A stretch of DNA of 64,000 nt from a bacterium (GTDB taxonomy: Bacteria; Hinthialibacterota; Hinthialibacteria; Hinthialibacterales; Hinthialibacteraceae). The position numbers were made by a program, and so were the translations under genes. The stretch covers positions 192,001-256,000 of the forward strand of contig CAXXMV010000008.1 in NCBI GenBank assembly GCA_963662285.2, written 5' to 3'. The notes beneath the pieces are model-generated. The model did no database searches. It was not told the origin of the DNA and worked only from the letters and a program-made list of their open reading frames with translations. Position 1 is the stretch's first letter. The number at the start of each line of letters is the position of its first letter. This document shows, in pieces, positions 27,484-37,298 of the stretch.

Positions 27484-30405
27484 ATGCGAATCAATTTCCG
27501 CTATTTAACGGCAGGATTTTTTATTATTGTTGCCATCGGTTTGATAGCAACCTTAACTAATAAGATAAACGTTTCTTCCCAAAAGGTAAAAATCACTGTT
27601 CTCTCTGGAGAGGTTACCTACCAAAGTGATGACGGCGCAGTCAACGAACGCATAAAATCTGGAGAAGAGCTGAACGTATCATCCAATCAATTGGTATCCC
27701 GCACATTGATTCCTTCCACGACGAAAGAGGAATACTCGAATAGTAATCTAGAAATTATTCGTGAAGAATCGATCTTTGTGGCTCTCGATATATCGATCAT
27801 CGATACTGAAAACAAGCCTTTGAATGCGGTCTCTTGCACTATCCAAAATGCCACAAGTAAAGTCGAAGCGAAGACAGATGAAAATGGTCTTGTTGCAATC
27901 AACGATTTGCCCATAGGCGCGTACGTCGTTTCAGTGACGGATGATCGCATTTTCCCCATTAGAGATAAAACCATTGAGATATTTCAAAGTCAGAATCAAT
28001 TAACATTAACTGCATTGCGACGCGTGGAATTAGCCGGTTTCGTTAAAACAATCGAAGACCAACCCATCGCCAACGCCCGCTTAATCCTTTCCGCTTCATC
28101 ACGCCTTCAAGAAATTAAACAAGCCGATCTGAATGAAAAAAGCACAAAAGAAAATGGTTCGTTTCGTTTCAGTCCGCTGGTTTCCGGTACGTACGTTCTA
28201 ACTGCATCGGCGCCCGGTTATTTGATACATGAAGAATCAGTTCGCGCAAAAGATAATATCGAGCCGCAAACCATTTATCTTCACACTAAGAGCAGGATCA
28301 TGGTCCACGTTCAGGATAATGAATCCAATCCTATATTCTCCGCCAAAGTCACGCTGAAATCCAAACCTGGAACTGGGAGTATTGTGATGATCAGCGAAAC
28401 CAGCGATACGGTCGGTTTCACAGAATTTGAAGATGTTCCTCCCGGTGAATATGTGATTTATGCTGAGCATGTATGGTATACAAGCGGAGAAAAGTCACTA
28501 TGTGAAATCAAACTTGTTAAAGACCGGCATGAAGTAACTCTGACGTTGGAGAATAGAGAATCTTCTGTTTCGGGAAGAGTCTTAGAGAAAGAATCAGGTG
28601 AGCCAATATCTAATGCAAAAGTTGTTGCTTATGACTTTAGATATTTGAATTCTGATAATGCTCTGAAATGGGATAGAAACATTCGAGAATATACTGTTAA
28701 TAACCCACCAGCGGCTGAAAGTATTTCTAACCTAGAAGGGACATATCAATTAAATCTAAACAAGGGAGGCTCTTATGTAATAGGCGTCTTGCCAATGAAG
28801 GATTATGTTTATATTCCAATACATTATTTTCGAGGTTTTCGTACAACAGACTATGGTGAAGCACCTCAAGAAAATCCAGTTGTAATGTTTGACGGGAATA
28901 ATAAAATGACTGCTGACATTGCGCTAGAGAAATCATGGATTGTTTCTGGCAATGTTTTTTTGGATGATGGTTCACCAATTGTCGATGCTACTATTGTCGT
29001 TCGTATTAATGAATTCTTTGGAACATTCTCATTTGGGGAACTTATTCCTATCGGAATCTCTCAAAGTAAAAAATCAACAAACAATGGATACTTTGAAATT
29101 ATCAATAACCGTTTTATTCCTATAAATAAAAAAGTTTACATTTCTGCAGAACATTCTTTATTTGGGGTTTCGAACAAAGCCCTTGAAATTAAGCCTAGTC
29201 CAGGAACAAAACTGGAAAATATTAAGATTGTTTTTGATGCAAAAGCAAAAGTCTTATTGAAAGGAAATGTATATGATGAAGTTGGAAAACCTATACCTGA
29301 TGCAAGTATCACATTCGTTAATATTTCAAAAACAGTTTCTGATTCTAATGGTTTATTTGAAATATACATCGCATCAGGTGAGTATGAGATAATTGTTACA
29401 AAGCCAAAATATAAACCTTTAGATTTTAAGGCGAGGCTAGACCATGAATCAATAAAAAAATCCATGCGGCTTGTTATGGAAAAAGAAACAGAGTCATTTG
29501 AAGGCGTAGTAATTGATAATAATGGAAATCCTGTTTCAGGATGCATCGTTGAAGGGCAGTTTAATGGCGTCAAATATTTGGGTTATGATAGTATAAGAAT
29601 CACCGATAAGGATGGCCGTTTTTCTTTTTTTAGAACAAAAGCAGAAAAATTCATAGATGCATCTTTTGAAGTAAAGCCAACCAATGAATATGACAAAGCT
29701 AAAACTACTTGTACTGAATGGGCGTCAAAAAATATAACAATTGTCGTCAACAAATATACACAAGGATACTCAAATATAAATGGAAAAGTATTTAATTCAA
29801 TAAATGAACCTATACAAAATTATTCCATTTTTTTAATACCGTCTTCAAGACGTAAATTATTTGAATACGATCAAAAAGGTTCCCCAATATATCAAAGAGA
29901 TTACAAACAAATAATTGGTAATCCATATGGTAAATACAGTTTCGAACAAATCCCAGTTTCTGATGGACCCTTTGTGATTGTCGTTAATACCGGGAAAAAC
30001 TCTGTTAGCGTTTCTAAAATTTTTCACCTCCAAAAAGATCAAACTTTTAATATCGATATCATGCATAATACACCTTCATTTACAATCAAAGGTAGAATTA
30101 TTGATAAAAACACAAAAGACAAAGATGAATATTCAAAACATTTAATTCAAGTGTTTTTTGAAAATAAAATATATGGATTCACTTCATGGAGATATGGCTT
30201 ACCTGAAGTACCGAATATTTGTCATGCTTATGATCATGTTGAGGGATTAAAAATAGGAGATGAATTTACATTAAATGGAATACCCGTTCAGGGAGGAAAA
30301 TTGAGGATACATAGATTTTGGAATGAAACAATTATCCCCATCGCCCCCGGTCAACCGGGCGAAGTGCGTGATTTAGGGACAATATTGATTGATAGTCCAG
30401 AGTAG
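27484..30405 (+). CDS. Membrane-anchored protein: FecR C-terminal strands plus multiple CarboxypepD_reg-like (prealbumin-like) repeats
   Basis: N-terminal TM; KITVLSGEVTY..IKSGEELNV; repeated G.V.D..G.PI.NA.V..T...G.F units. Confidence 0.8.
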   Translation: MRINFRYLTAGFFIIVAIGLIATLTNKINVSSQKVKITVLSGEVTYQSDDGAVNERIKSGEELNVSSNQLVSRTLIPSTTKEEYSNSNLEIIREESIFVALDISIIDTENKPLNAVSCTIQNATSKVEAKTDENGLVAINDLPIGAYVVSVTDDRIFPIRDKTIEIFQSQNQLTLTALRRVELAGFVKTIEDQPIANARLILSASSRLQEIKQADLNEKSTKENGSFRFSPLVSGTYVLTASAPGYLIHEESVRAKDNIEPQTIYLHTKSRIMVHVQDNESNPIFSAKVTLKSKPGTGSIVMISETSDTVGFTEFEDVPPGEYVIYAEHVWYTSGEKSLCEIKLVKDRHEVTLTLENRESSVSGRVLEKESGEPISNAKVVAYDFRYLNSDNALKWDRNIREYTVNNPPAAESISNLEGTYQLNLNKGGSYVIGVLPMKDYVYIPIHYFRGFRTTDYGEAPQENPVVMFDGNNKMTADIALEKSWIVSGNVFLDDGSPIVDATIVVRINEFFGTFSFGELIPIGISQSKKSTNNGYFEIINNRFIPINKKVYISAEHSLFGVSNKALEIKPSPGTKLENIKIVFDAKAKVLLKGNVYDEVGKPIPDASITFVNISKTVSDSNGLFEIYIASGEYEIIVTKPKYKPLDFKARLDHESIKKSMRLVMEKETESFEGVVIDNNGNPVSGCIVEGQFNGVKYLGYDSIRITDKDGRFSFFRTKAEKFIDASFEVKPTNEYDKAKTTCTEWASKNITIVVNKYTQGYSNINGKVFNSINEPIQNYSIFLIPSSRRKLFEYDQKGSPIYQRDYKQIIGNPYGKYSFEQIPVSDGPFVIVVNTGKNSVSVSKIFHLQKDQTFNIDIMHNTPSFTIKGRIIDKNTKDKDEYSKHLIQVFFENKIYGFTSWRYGLPEVPNICHAYDHVEGLKIGDEFTLNGIPVQGGKLRIHRFWNETIIPIAPGQPGEVRDLGTILIDSPE

Positions 30406-30433
30406 GAATAAAAAGACTCTAAATAAACACTCT

Positions 30434-31741
30434 CTATCTCTTCAACCGCTTTGATATCCAATAGACTGGCAGTCCTGATAGAACAAGCGCAAATCCAAGC
30501 CAGGCGCCATAGGCCAACTGAGAATTGGCGTAGGTCAGGCTGCTATGAAACAGGATTCCACAGGATGCAATGTAAATTAGTGGAATCACCGGAAACAGCG
30601 GGACGCGAAACGGTCGTTGCAGGTTCGGTTCCCATTTCCTGAAGACGATAAGCGATATCCCCACCATCCCCATAAAAAGCCAATGCGCCGCAGAAGTGTA
30701 TATGACCAGTTGCTCAAATGATCCACTCAATAGAAGAAGGCAGGCGATCACGCCTTGAATCAAAAAAGCAGATAGAGGGACGGAAGATTTTGGATTCCAT
30801 TGTCCCAGGAAACGGAATAGTGAATGATCCTGCCCAAATGCATGATAGATTCTTCCACCGACCAGGATCATGCCATTGACCGAACCCAGGGCGCATATTA
30901 CCACCAAGGCGGATATAATGCGTCCTCCGGCTGTCCCCAGGCTTTGTTCCATAACCTGCGCCATGACGCCGCTAGAGGCCGCCATGCCCTGCGCTCCAAG
31001 GGCTGCAAGCAGCGCCAGGTTAATCAGCAGGTAAATCAAAGTAACGATGGCCAACCCCAAGAGCAGCGCACGTAGGATATTCTTCTCTGGCCGCTTGACC
31101 TCTGAAGCGACAAAGGCGCAATCGCTCCAACCGCCGAAGGTCAACTGTACAAAAATCAGCGCCATTAAAAAAGATTGGAATGTCACAGAAGAGGCTTTCA
31201 CTGGCTCTACAGGCGCCGGGGCGCCGGGTGAAAAGAAGAAAGCAACCAAGATCACGCCAACCAGACCAATGATCTGAGCTGAAGCCAGGATATTCTGGCT
31301 TATTTTTCCCTGACGCACTCCACAGCAATTAATGCCGGTAAAGATAATCACAGCACAAATTGCATATACAGTTTGAGCATGAGGAATAGGAAACAACTTG
31401 GCGCCATAAATTCCGGCGATGGCCGCCATCATGGCGATGTTGCCGCTATGGATGACCCACAGCCTACCCCAGGCGTACAAAAAGCCCGCCCAATCGCCGA
31501 ATGCATGATGCAGAAAGAAATAGTCCCCGCCCTCTTTGGGATGAGCCGAAGCCAACTCGGCGTAACACAACGCGCCGATGAAGGATAAGCCGCCGCCCAG
31601 TATCCAGACCAGAATTATCCAATGCGCCGAACCGAGAAAACCAGCGATAGTGGATGGCGTCTGATAAATGGCGCTGCCGATTATTATGCCGACTATTATG
31701 GCGGTGACGTCAAATAATCCTAGCGATTTTTGTTGAGTCAT
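30434..31741 (-). CDS. APC family amino acid permease
   Basis: GIIIGSAIY, GALCYAELAS..P.EGG, FGGW, SEVKRPEKNI, RPFRVP. Confidence 0.92.
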   Translation of the reverse strand: MTQQKSLGLFDVTAIIVGIIIGSAIYQTPSTIAGFLGSAHWIILVWILGGGLSFIGALCYAELASAHPKEGGDYFFLHHAFGDWAGFLYAWGRLWVIHSGNIAMMAAIAGIYGAKLFPIPHAQTVYAICAVIIFTGINCCGVRQGKISQNILASAQIIGLVGVILVAFFFSPGAPAPVEPVKASSVTFQSFLMALIFVQLTFGGWSDCAFVASEVKRPEKNILRALLLGLAIVTLIYLLINLALLAALGAQGMAASSGVMAQVMEQSLGTAGGRIISALVVICALGSVNGMILVGGRIYHAFGQDHSLFRFLGQWNPKSSVPLSAFLIQGVIACLLLLSGSFEQLVIYTSAAHWLFMGMVGISLIVFRKWEPNLQRPFRVPLFPVIPLIYIASCGILFHSSLTYANSQLAYGAWLGFALVLSGLPVYWISKRLKR

Positions 31742-31833
31742 GGTTGATTATAGTCATCCAGATATTATTAATGATGAAAGTGGATGAATCGCCTTTCCAA
31801 ATACTTGGTTGTATATTCACTTTTACGTAAAAT

Positions 31834-32163
31834 TCACCTCTGTACAGCCTTCATGGGTTTGATAGCCAATGTATACCCGAACGCTTGCAAAATACGTTGA
31901 AAGTTTTTCAAACGAGGATTTCCTTCAGGCGATAAGGTTTTATACAATTTTCCTCGATTGAGGTTGGTTTTTTTTGACAACTCTGTCATTCCGCCATTTA
32001 CTTTAGCCATATGACGCAAGGCCACCAGCAAGGCCTTTTCATCCTGTTCGTGTTCATAGTCTTCAATTACAGTTTGAAAAAAAGCGGGCGCCAATTCTGG
32101 ATTTTTTTCAAACTGCTCGTCCACAACCTCGTCAAATGTTCTATATTTAATCTTTTTGCTCAT
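31834..32163 (-). CDS. Addiction module antidote protein (HigA-like, HTH)
   Basis: LVALRHMAKVNGGMTELSKKTNLNRGKLYKTLSPEGNP; start moved to MSKKI. Confidence 0.9.
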   Translation of the reverse strand: MSKKIKYRTFDEVVDEQFEKNPELAPAFFQTVIEDYEHEQDEKALLVALRHMAKVNGGMTELSKKTNLNRGKLYKTLSPEGNPRLKNFQRILQAFGYTLAIKPMKAVQR

Positions 32164-32467
32164 GGTATTGACTCCAATATTCCAAAGCCTTTTCAATATC
32201 CCGTTTCTGAGAGCTTTTACCGCCGCCGCACAGTAGAACGATTAACTTGTCCCCATCTCTGCCAAAGTAAACACGTAAACCCCCATCAAAAAACAACCGT
32301 AGTTCAAAAATTCCCGCCCCTACTCTCTTATAATCGCCTAAGTTTCCATTCTCCAATCTAAAAATACGCTTCTGAACACGTAATTTCGTGAGTGTTGGAA
32401 GCGATTTCAACCATTCGATAAACGGTTCATTTCCTCTATCATCTTGGAAAACATAAACAGTAAACAT
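32147..32467 (-). CDS. Addiction module killer protein (RelE/HigB-like)
   Basis: PFIEWL..L, GNLGDYKRVGAGIFELRLFFDGGLRVYFG, LLCGGGKSSQKRDI. Confidence 0.9.
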   Translation of the reverse strand: MFTVYVFQDDRGNEPFIEWLKSLPTLTKLRVQKRIFRLENGNLGDYKRVGAGIFELRLFFDGGLRVYFGRDGDKLIVLLCGGGKSSQKRDIEKALEYWSQYHEQKD

Positions 32468-32474
32468 GTTTAAA

Positions 32475-32492
32475 TGTACCCTATAGGGAACA
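32475..32492. promoter_or_regulatory. Probable TA operator
   Basis: TGTACCCTATAGGGAACA near-palindrome just upstream of the toxin start. Confidence 0.6.
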
Positions 32493-32565
32493 CTTTGTCA
32501 AGATTTCTTTTCTGCTCTCAAAATAGTGTTATGCTACATTCGCTCGCTACTGAATATTCAGAATT

Positions 32566-33021
32566 CTAATCCCAGCGGTTGCCAATGGAGATTTTGTCTA
32601 CTGTTTTTGACTGCGCCCACTCCAGTATTTCACGGGTGGTTTGGGGATAGATCACCATATGCGGCAAGTCTTCTATACGATGCCACTGGGCGTCACGCAG
32701 AACTTTATCAGGATTAACCTTCATATCGCCGCCGGTAATTTTGGCTTCAAAATAATAATTGATAACATGCCTATGAAGATCCGGGGGGATGGTCTCCGAA
32801 ATAAAAATCATATCGCCCAGTTCAATATCGAGGCTGCATTCTTCGAGCAGTTCACGCTTGGCGGCTTCTTCCAGGGTCTCGCCGAATTCAACCCCACCGC
32901 CGGGGATAAGCCAATATTCTCTGTTGTTCTTTTCATGTTGCACCAGAAGAATCTTGTCTTCTTTAATGATAATAGCGGCGACTCTATTTCGGATATGGGT
33001 TTTCTTATTGGATTCGTTCAT
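32566..33021 (-). CDS. NUDIX hydrolase
   Basis: Nudix box GGGVEFGETLEEAAKRELLEEC. Confidence 0.92.
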   Translation of the reverse strand: MNESNKKTHIRNRVAAIIIKEDKILLVQHEKNNREYWLIPGGGVEFGETLEEAAKRELLEECSLDIELGDMIFISETIPPDLHRHVINYYFEAKITGGDMKVNPDKVLRDAQWHRIEDLPHMVIYPQTTREILEWAQSKTVDKISIGNRWD

Positions 33022-33308
33022 AGTTTTTCTTAGTTAATCCAGTATTAATAAGTTATTTATATTCAGATTAAGGTATTTTGATACATCAATAAAGAACTAT
33101 TGAAGGCATTATCTTAGATTTGACCTCAATTAATAGTGATAGGATTCAAGAGGGGTGGTTTTTGTCTGAATCTGGATGTAACAGATGGGTGGGATATTCA
33201 TGATTTTATGTTATTTTATGATTATAATAATTTGTGAGTTTTGCCCATGCGCGGGTGATCGCATCAATAACTGACAACACCAATTCAACGGAATGAAAAG
33301 ACAAATCA

Positions 33309-33812
33309 ATGAAACAATCGTGTATGATATGTGCAGTTATAGCGATGCTTCTAAACACGGCCTGCTCTTCTACGCCCGATCTACATAGGGTAACGCTTCA
33401 TAGCCAAACTTTCGGAGAAGAATTCTATTGCTTTTACTCTTTCACAGCGGGGAAATTGAAACCACCCCCCGATGCTGATCTGGTTGATATTCTTTATTAC
33501 TTCGATAGTGACGATTGTTCCCAAGGAGCACTCATCGGTAACAATGATTGTCCTGGTTTTCTCTTTCCACTAGGCCAAAAGTCTTGGAGAGAATTGTTAA
33601 CGTTTAATACTCCTCCTAAGGATGAAGAATCTGTAGGGGCAATCCTGCCTCTAACCAAGGATAAAGAGGGATTGGCGTTCCGAGTGAAAATAAGAAGCGG
33701 AGAGTTTATTCCGGTAAGAATCAAATCAATAAAATCCACCTCTTATTCGGATCTTATCTCAGGTGGATCCGCAGAAATTGAATTAGAGTGGGCCTGGCCA
33801 AATCACAAATGA
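33309..33812 (+). CDS. Hypothetical lipoprotein
   Basis: Signal with LNTAC lipobox. Confidence 0.65.
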   Translation: MKQSCMICAVIAMLLNTACSSTPDLHRVTLHSQTFGEEFYCFYSFTAGKLKPPPDADLVDILYYFDSDDCSQGALIGNNDCPGFLFPLGQKSWRELLTFNTPPKDEESVGAILPLTKDKEGLAFRVKIRSGEFIPVRIKSIKSTSYSDLISGGSAEIELEWAWPNHK

Positions 33813-33893
33813 AACACGCTGCCAGGAATCAGTATAATCGATAACAATGGTCTCAGGTGCGGATCGTTTAGAAATGGATAAATAGACGGAACT

Positions 33894-33957
33894 GTTAGGC
33901 CGCAGTTGATTTCCAGCAACGCTATGTTGCTACGCAGCTGAATTTGAGACGATAGGC
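33894..33957 (+). other. Degenerate integron attC-like site
   Basis: GTTAGGC; GCAGTTGA...AGCAAC/GTTGCT...GCAGCTGA-N9-GATAGGC. Confidence 0.35.
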
Positions 33958-34088
33958 TCCGGCATAGTTGCTGTCATTCTCGCAAATCAACACTATCAAA
34001 GAATCTGAAAGCGCATTACTAGCTTCTGTGATATATACTCTCAAGAACTGGATTCAGCCCGGCGCTACTTGAATCCCCAATTTAAAAA

Positions 34089-34131
34089 ATAGTTTTGATC
34101 TAAATATATTATATATTTAGATCAAAACTAT
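34089..34131. repeat. Perfect 21-bp inverted repeat with 1-nt spacer
   Basis: ATAGTTTTGATCTAAATATAT-T-ATATATTTAGATCAAAACTAT. Confidence 0.9.
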
Positions 34132-34308
34132 GAGTATTATTCCACTCGGAAAGTAGAAATTTGTAGAGAAAGAATAGTTAGTATTATAATTTTTCAAGAA
34201 TTCAAAAAAAGTAATGTAATTTATGATCATGAAATATTATATACAGTTATTCTCATTATTGGTTATCTTTCTGGTTCATCTGGAATTATAATCCCATCTA
34301 ATTATCTA

Positions 34309-36846
34309 TCACTCGAAAAGTTCCCAAAGATTGGATTGGGAAAGGGCTTCCTTATAATCCGAATCGTCATACCAGGCGAAATTATCTTCCATTGAAGGGA
34401 TATTACCATAACTCGCTACATATTTCCACGTATACGTATCCTGATCCGGGACAATAGAAGCAAAAGCAAATTGACCATATACACGGTCTCCTGTATCGGT
34501 TATAAAGACTCTGGTTGATAATCCATAATAAAAATATGAAAGAGTGATCAGTATATCCTTCATAGCAGGGATGTTGGTGTTTCCAATACCCGATGACATT
34601 TGCGCAAAAGCGGCTAACCAGAGAGTGTCATAACTGCTATAATCGTAGATATTAGGGGCCATTCCGTACGTTTTATAGGTATCGATCACGCCTTCGATAT
34701 CTGGACGGATAAAGGTTTTTGTAGGATTATAAGAATAATCCACCAAAAATTCTGGCGAAACGGCAGGGGATAAGAATTTAACTTTGGCGGCAAACGAAGC
34801 CGCTTGAGAATTGGCAAGAATAGAATTTGCACGGAAATTGCCGTCACAACCTACCCATTGTACATTATTTAAGATGCTATTGCTGTCTACGGTAGCAAAA
34901 ATCTTATCTGCCTCATCATAAGAAATCAAAAGTATACCTGTATGCTTTTGTCCAAATTGATTCAGTGTGTTGTTTACTTTTGTTTCCAGTTCTGCAATTA
35001 AAGATTGGAATTCGGTTTGATTCGCTTCATAAGAAACACCATCCTCAACAAAACCACCCAGATTTTGAAATTTTGTTGTGAAAAGAGTTTTTAATTCGTT
35101 GCCATACAGGTCATTTCGCCATACAGGAATCACTGCGTTGATATTCAGAACGTGAAACATATGAGCAATGGCATCGGATTCCATATCATTGTCTAGCATT
35201 AAGAAAAATGCATTATCATCCAGCCCTCTAAAAGTTGTTACGTTGCTGCTCGGACTGATGAGGATGAAGTCATTTTGTTGCGAATAGTCCATAATGGCTT
35301 CCACTGACGAACTATCATAGGGACCAATGATGATGTGGGAATTATTAGAATTTTTTAGTTCACTCAATTTGGTTAAAGTGACATCAGGATCAGTTTCCGT
35401 ATCAATAGCATTTATCTGCAGTTCTCCGGAAACTCCTTCTGATTGAAGGAAAAAATTAAAATCTTCCGCCGCACTTTGAATGGCGCGCAGATTGGATTGA
35501 CCTAGCATGCTGAGGTCTCCGGATAAAGGAACAAAAGCAGGAATAATAAAGTTGCTGATTGTTTCTGGTAAAGCAAAGCCGCCAAGGTTTAAGGGAGGAT
35601 CGCCTAGCGGTTGTCCGCCTCTAAATAGGAAAGAAGCCATTGTTTTCCAAAAATAAGAGCCATCGGTTTTCTGAGAAATGGCATAAAAACCATAAGCCCC
35701 AAAATCCCGGTCTCCAACAGCATTTAAAATTACTTGGGAGGAATAGCCAACAAAATAATGAAGGGCTGTTTGAAAATTATTTTTTATGTCGTCTATATTG
35801 GTTGAATTGATTCCATAGTAGTATGTAAAGGCTAAAATATAACCGGCATCATAGGCATATATAGCGAAATTGTCTCCCAATATACCTGATTTTTCAAAGA
35901 GGATTCGTTTAAATCTTTGGGTTCCTGGATAGGTTGGCATAAGCCAATCAAAGGTGTCGTCACTATTGAAGATGGGGCAGATAAAGTCCGTCTTTACAGC
36001 GAAACTGGCAGCAATGGAATCTTTAAGGATGTTGGCATTTTGAGCCATACCATCATTTCCGATCCATTGGATAGAAGAAAGCACCGGATCACTGGATGCG
36101 CTTTGAAAGATTTCCTGAGTCTGGTCATAGGCGATGAGATGTACAGCAACACTATCTTTTGAACCTGTTTGCAATATGGCTTGATCTATCATGCTTCGCA
36201 AAGATTGAACAATAGAATTAAAATCGATGGTATTGGGATCAAATTGGATTCCATTGGTATATGTTATCCCTAATGTCTGAGCACTGGTTTGGGCGCTTTT
36301 ATACAGACTATTCCCAAAACTGTCATTCATATAGACTGGAATGACTGATTTGATTTCTTTGGCTTGCAGGTAATAAGCAATCGCCAAGCCTTGGACAGAA
36401 TCATCGGGAACGAGCCGGTAAATGTTATCTGCTACTGAGAGATCAACTGAAGAACTGCTAGGACTTAAAACAAGAATACCGTTTTGATCCACATAATCCT
36501 TGATAGCGGCTAACTCAGAACTGGTATAAGGCCCAACAATGGCATTGATTCCTTGAGCGGCTAGGGTTTTGATGGCGGCCAAAGCCTGGCTGGGATCGGA
36601 TGCCGTATCCATAATTGTCATGGTCATACGATAATCAATATTCTGCCGGGCGAAATAGGCGTTAACATCTTCCATGCATAATTCTAAAGCAGCTTTACCC
36701 GCTATTCCGTTAGAAGAGGCTGTACCCGTTAGCGGAAGCAATGCGCCCAGTTGTATTTCCTGGGTTGCCGAATAACTAGCAATGCCAGATAGAGAAAGAA
36801 ATAATAAGCCAATCAGGAAAAGACTGAAAAGGTTAGACGATTTCAT
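34309..36846 (-). CDS. Secreted protein with two tandem type-1 periplasmic-binding (LivK-like) domains; C-terminal WELFE tail
   Basis: LGALLPLTG / AFVPLSG, IVGPYTSS / IIGPYDSS, YAYDA / SSYDTL, GDR duplicated; start moved to MKSSNL. Confidence 0.85.
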   Translation of the reverse strand: MKSSNLFSLFLIGLLFLSLSGIASYSATQEIQLGALLPLTGTASSNGIAGKAALELCMEDVNAYFARQNIDYRMTMTIMDTASDPSQALAAIKTLAAQGINAIVGPYTSSELAAIKDYVDQNGILVLSPSSSSVDLSVADNIYRLVPDDSVQGLAIAYYLQAKEIKSVIPVYMNDSFGNSLYKSAQTSAQTLGITYTNGIQFDPNTIDFNSIVQSLRSMIDQAILQTGSKDSVAVHLIAYDQTQEIFQSASSDPVLSSIQWIGNDGMAQNANILKDSIAASFAVKTDFICPIFNSDDTFDWLMPTYPGTQRFKRILFEKSGILGDNFAIYAYDAGYILAFTYYYGINSTNIDDIKNNFQTALHYFVGYSSQVILNAVGDRDFGAYGFYAISQKTDGSYFWKTMASFLFRGGQPLGDPPLNLGGFALPETISNFIIPAFVPLSGDLSMLGQSNLRAIQSAAEDFNFFLQSEGVSGELQINAIDTETDPDVTLTKLSELKNSNNSHIIIGPYDSSSVEAIMDYSQQNDFILISPSSNVTTFRGLDDNAFFLMLDNDMESDAIAHMFHVLNINAVIPVWRNDLYGNELKTLFTTKFQNLGGFVEDGVSYEANQTEFQSLIAELETKVNNTLNQFGQKHTGILLISYDEADKIFATVDSNSILNNVQWVGCDGNFRANSILANSQAASFAAKVKFLSPAVSPEFLVDYSYNPTKTFIRPDIEGVIDTYKTYGMAPNIYDYSSYDTLWLAAFAQMSSGIGNTNIPAMKDILITLSYFYYGLSTRVFITDTGDRVYGQFAFASIVPDQDTYTWKYVASYGNIPSMEDNFAWYDDSDYKEALSQSNLWELFE

Positions 36847-37022
36847 AATAGTAGACTCCTCGCAAATAGAATTACTGAAGTTTACTAGTTTCCTTTCAGA
36901 AAACAAACATTATTATTTCAGGAAGAATTATAATTGAGGAGACAAATAATTTAAAATAAGAGTTTCTAGCAAAAAGAAAAAAAGTTCTCTTTTGTACAAA
37001 CAGTTTTGTTCAAGATACTGTG

Positions 37023-37291
37023 TTTGACAATGTCGTTGATTTGGTAGTAACTCCAGATGGATCAAAGATATATGTTACGGAATCCGTAACATATATAATC
37101 CTGGAGTCGGAACTGGACCTCTTTTCCAGGAACCACGAGGGATTGCGATGGAGTCGAATGGTAACTTTATCGTAGTGGATCAAGGACTGGACACTGTATT
37201 CAGAGTCTTCGCCGATTCCGGCAACCGGGTTGTATTGTCGAATGAAGAATTTGGAGTAGATATCCTAACTTCTTCTGTATGGAAATTATTC
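37023..37291 (+). pseudogene. Remnant of an NHL/YVTN beta-propeller secreted protein (two frames, no start), ending in WKLF
   Basis: FDNVVDLVVTPDGSKIYVTES in one frame; GTGPLFQEPRGIAMESNGNFIVVD...TSSVWKLF in another. Confidence 0.6.
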
Positions 37292-37298
37292 TTCGGTT

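Noticed and set aside
34089-34131. dif site or protelomerase target
   Set aside because: Does not match the XerC/XerD 11-6-11 consensus; no protelomerase or phage genes nearby
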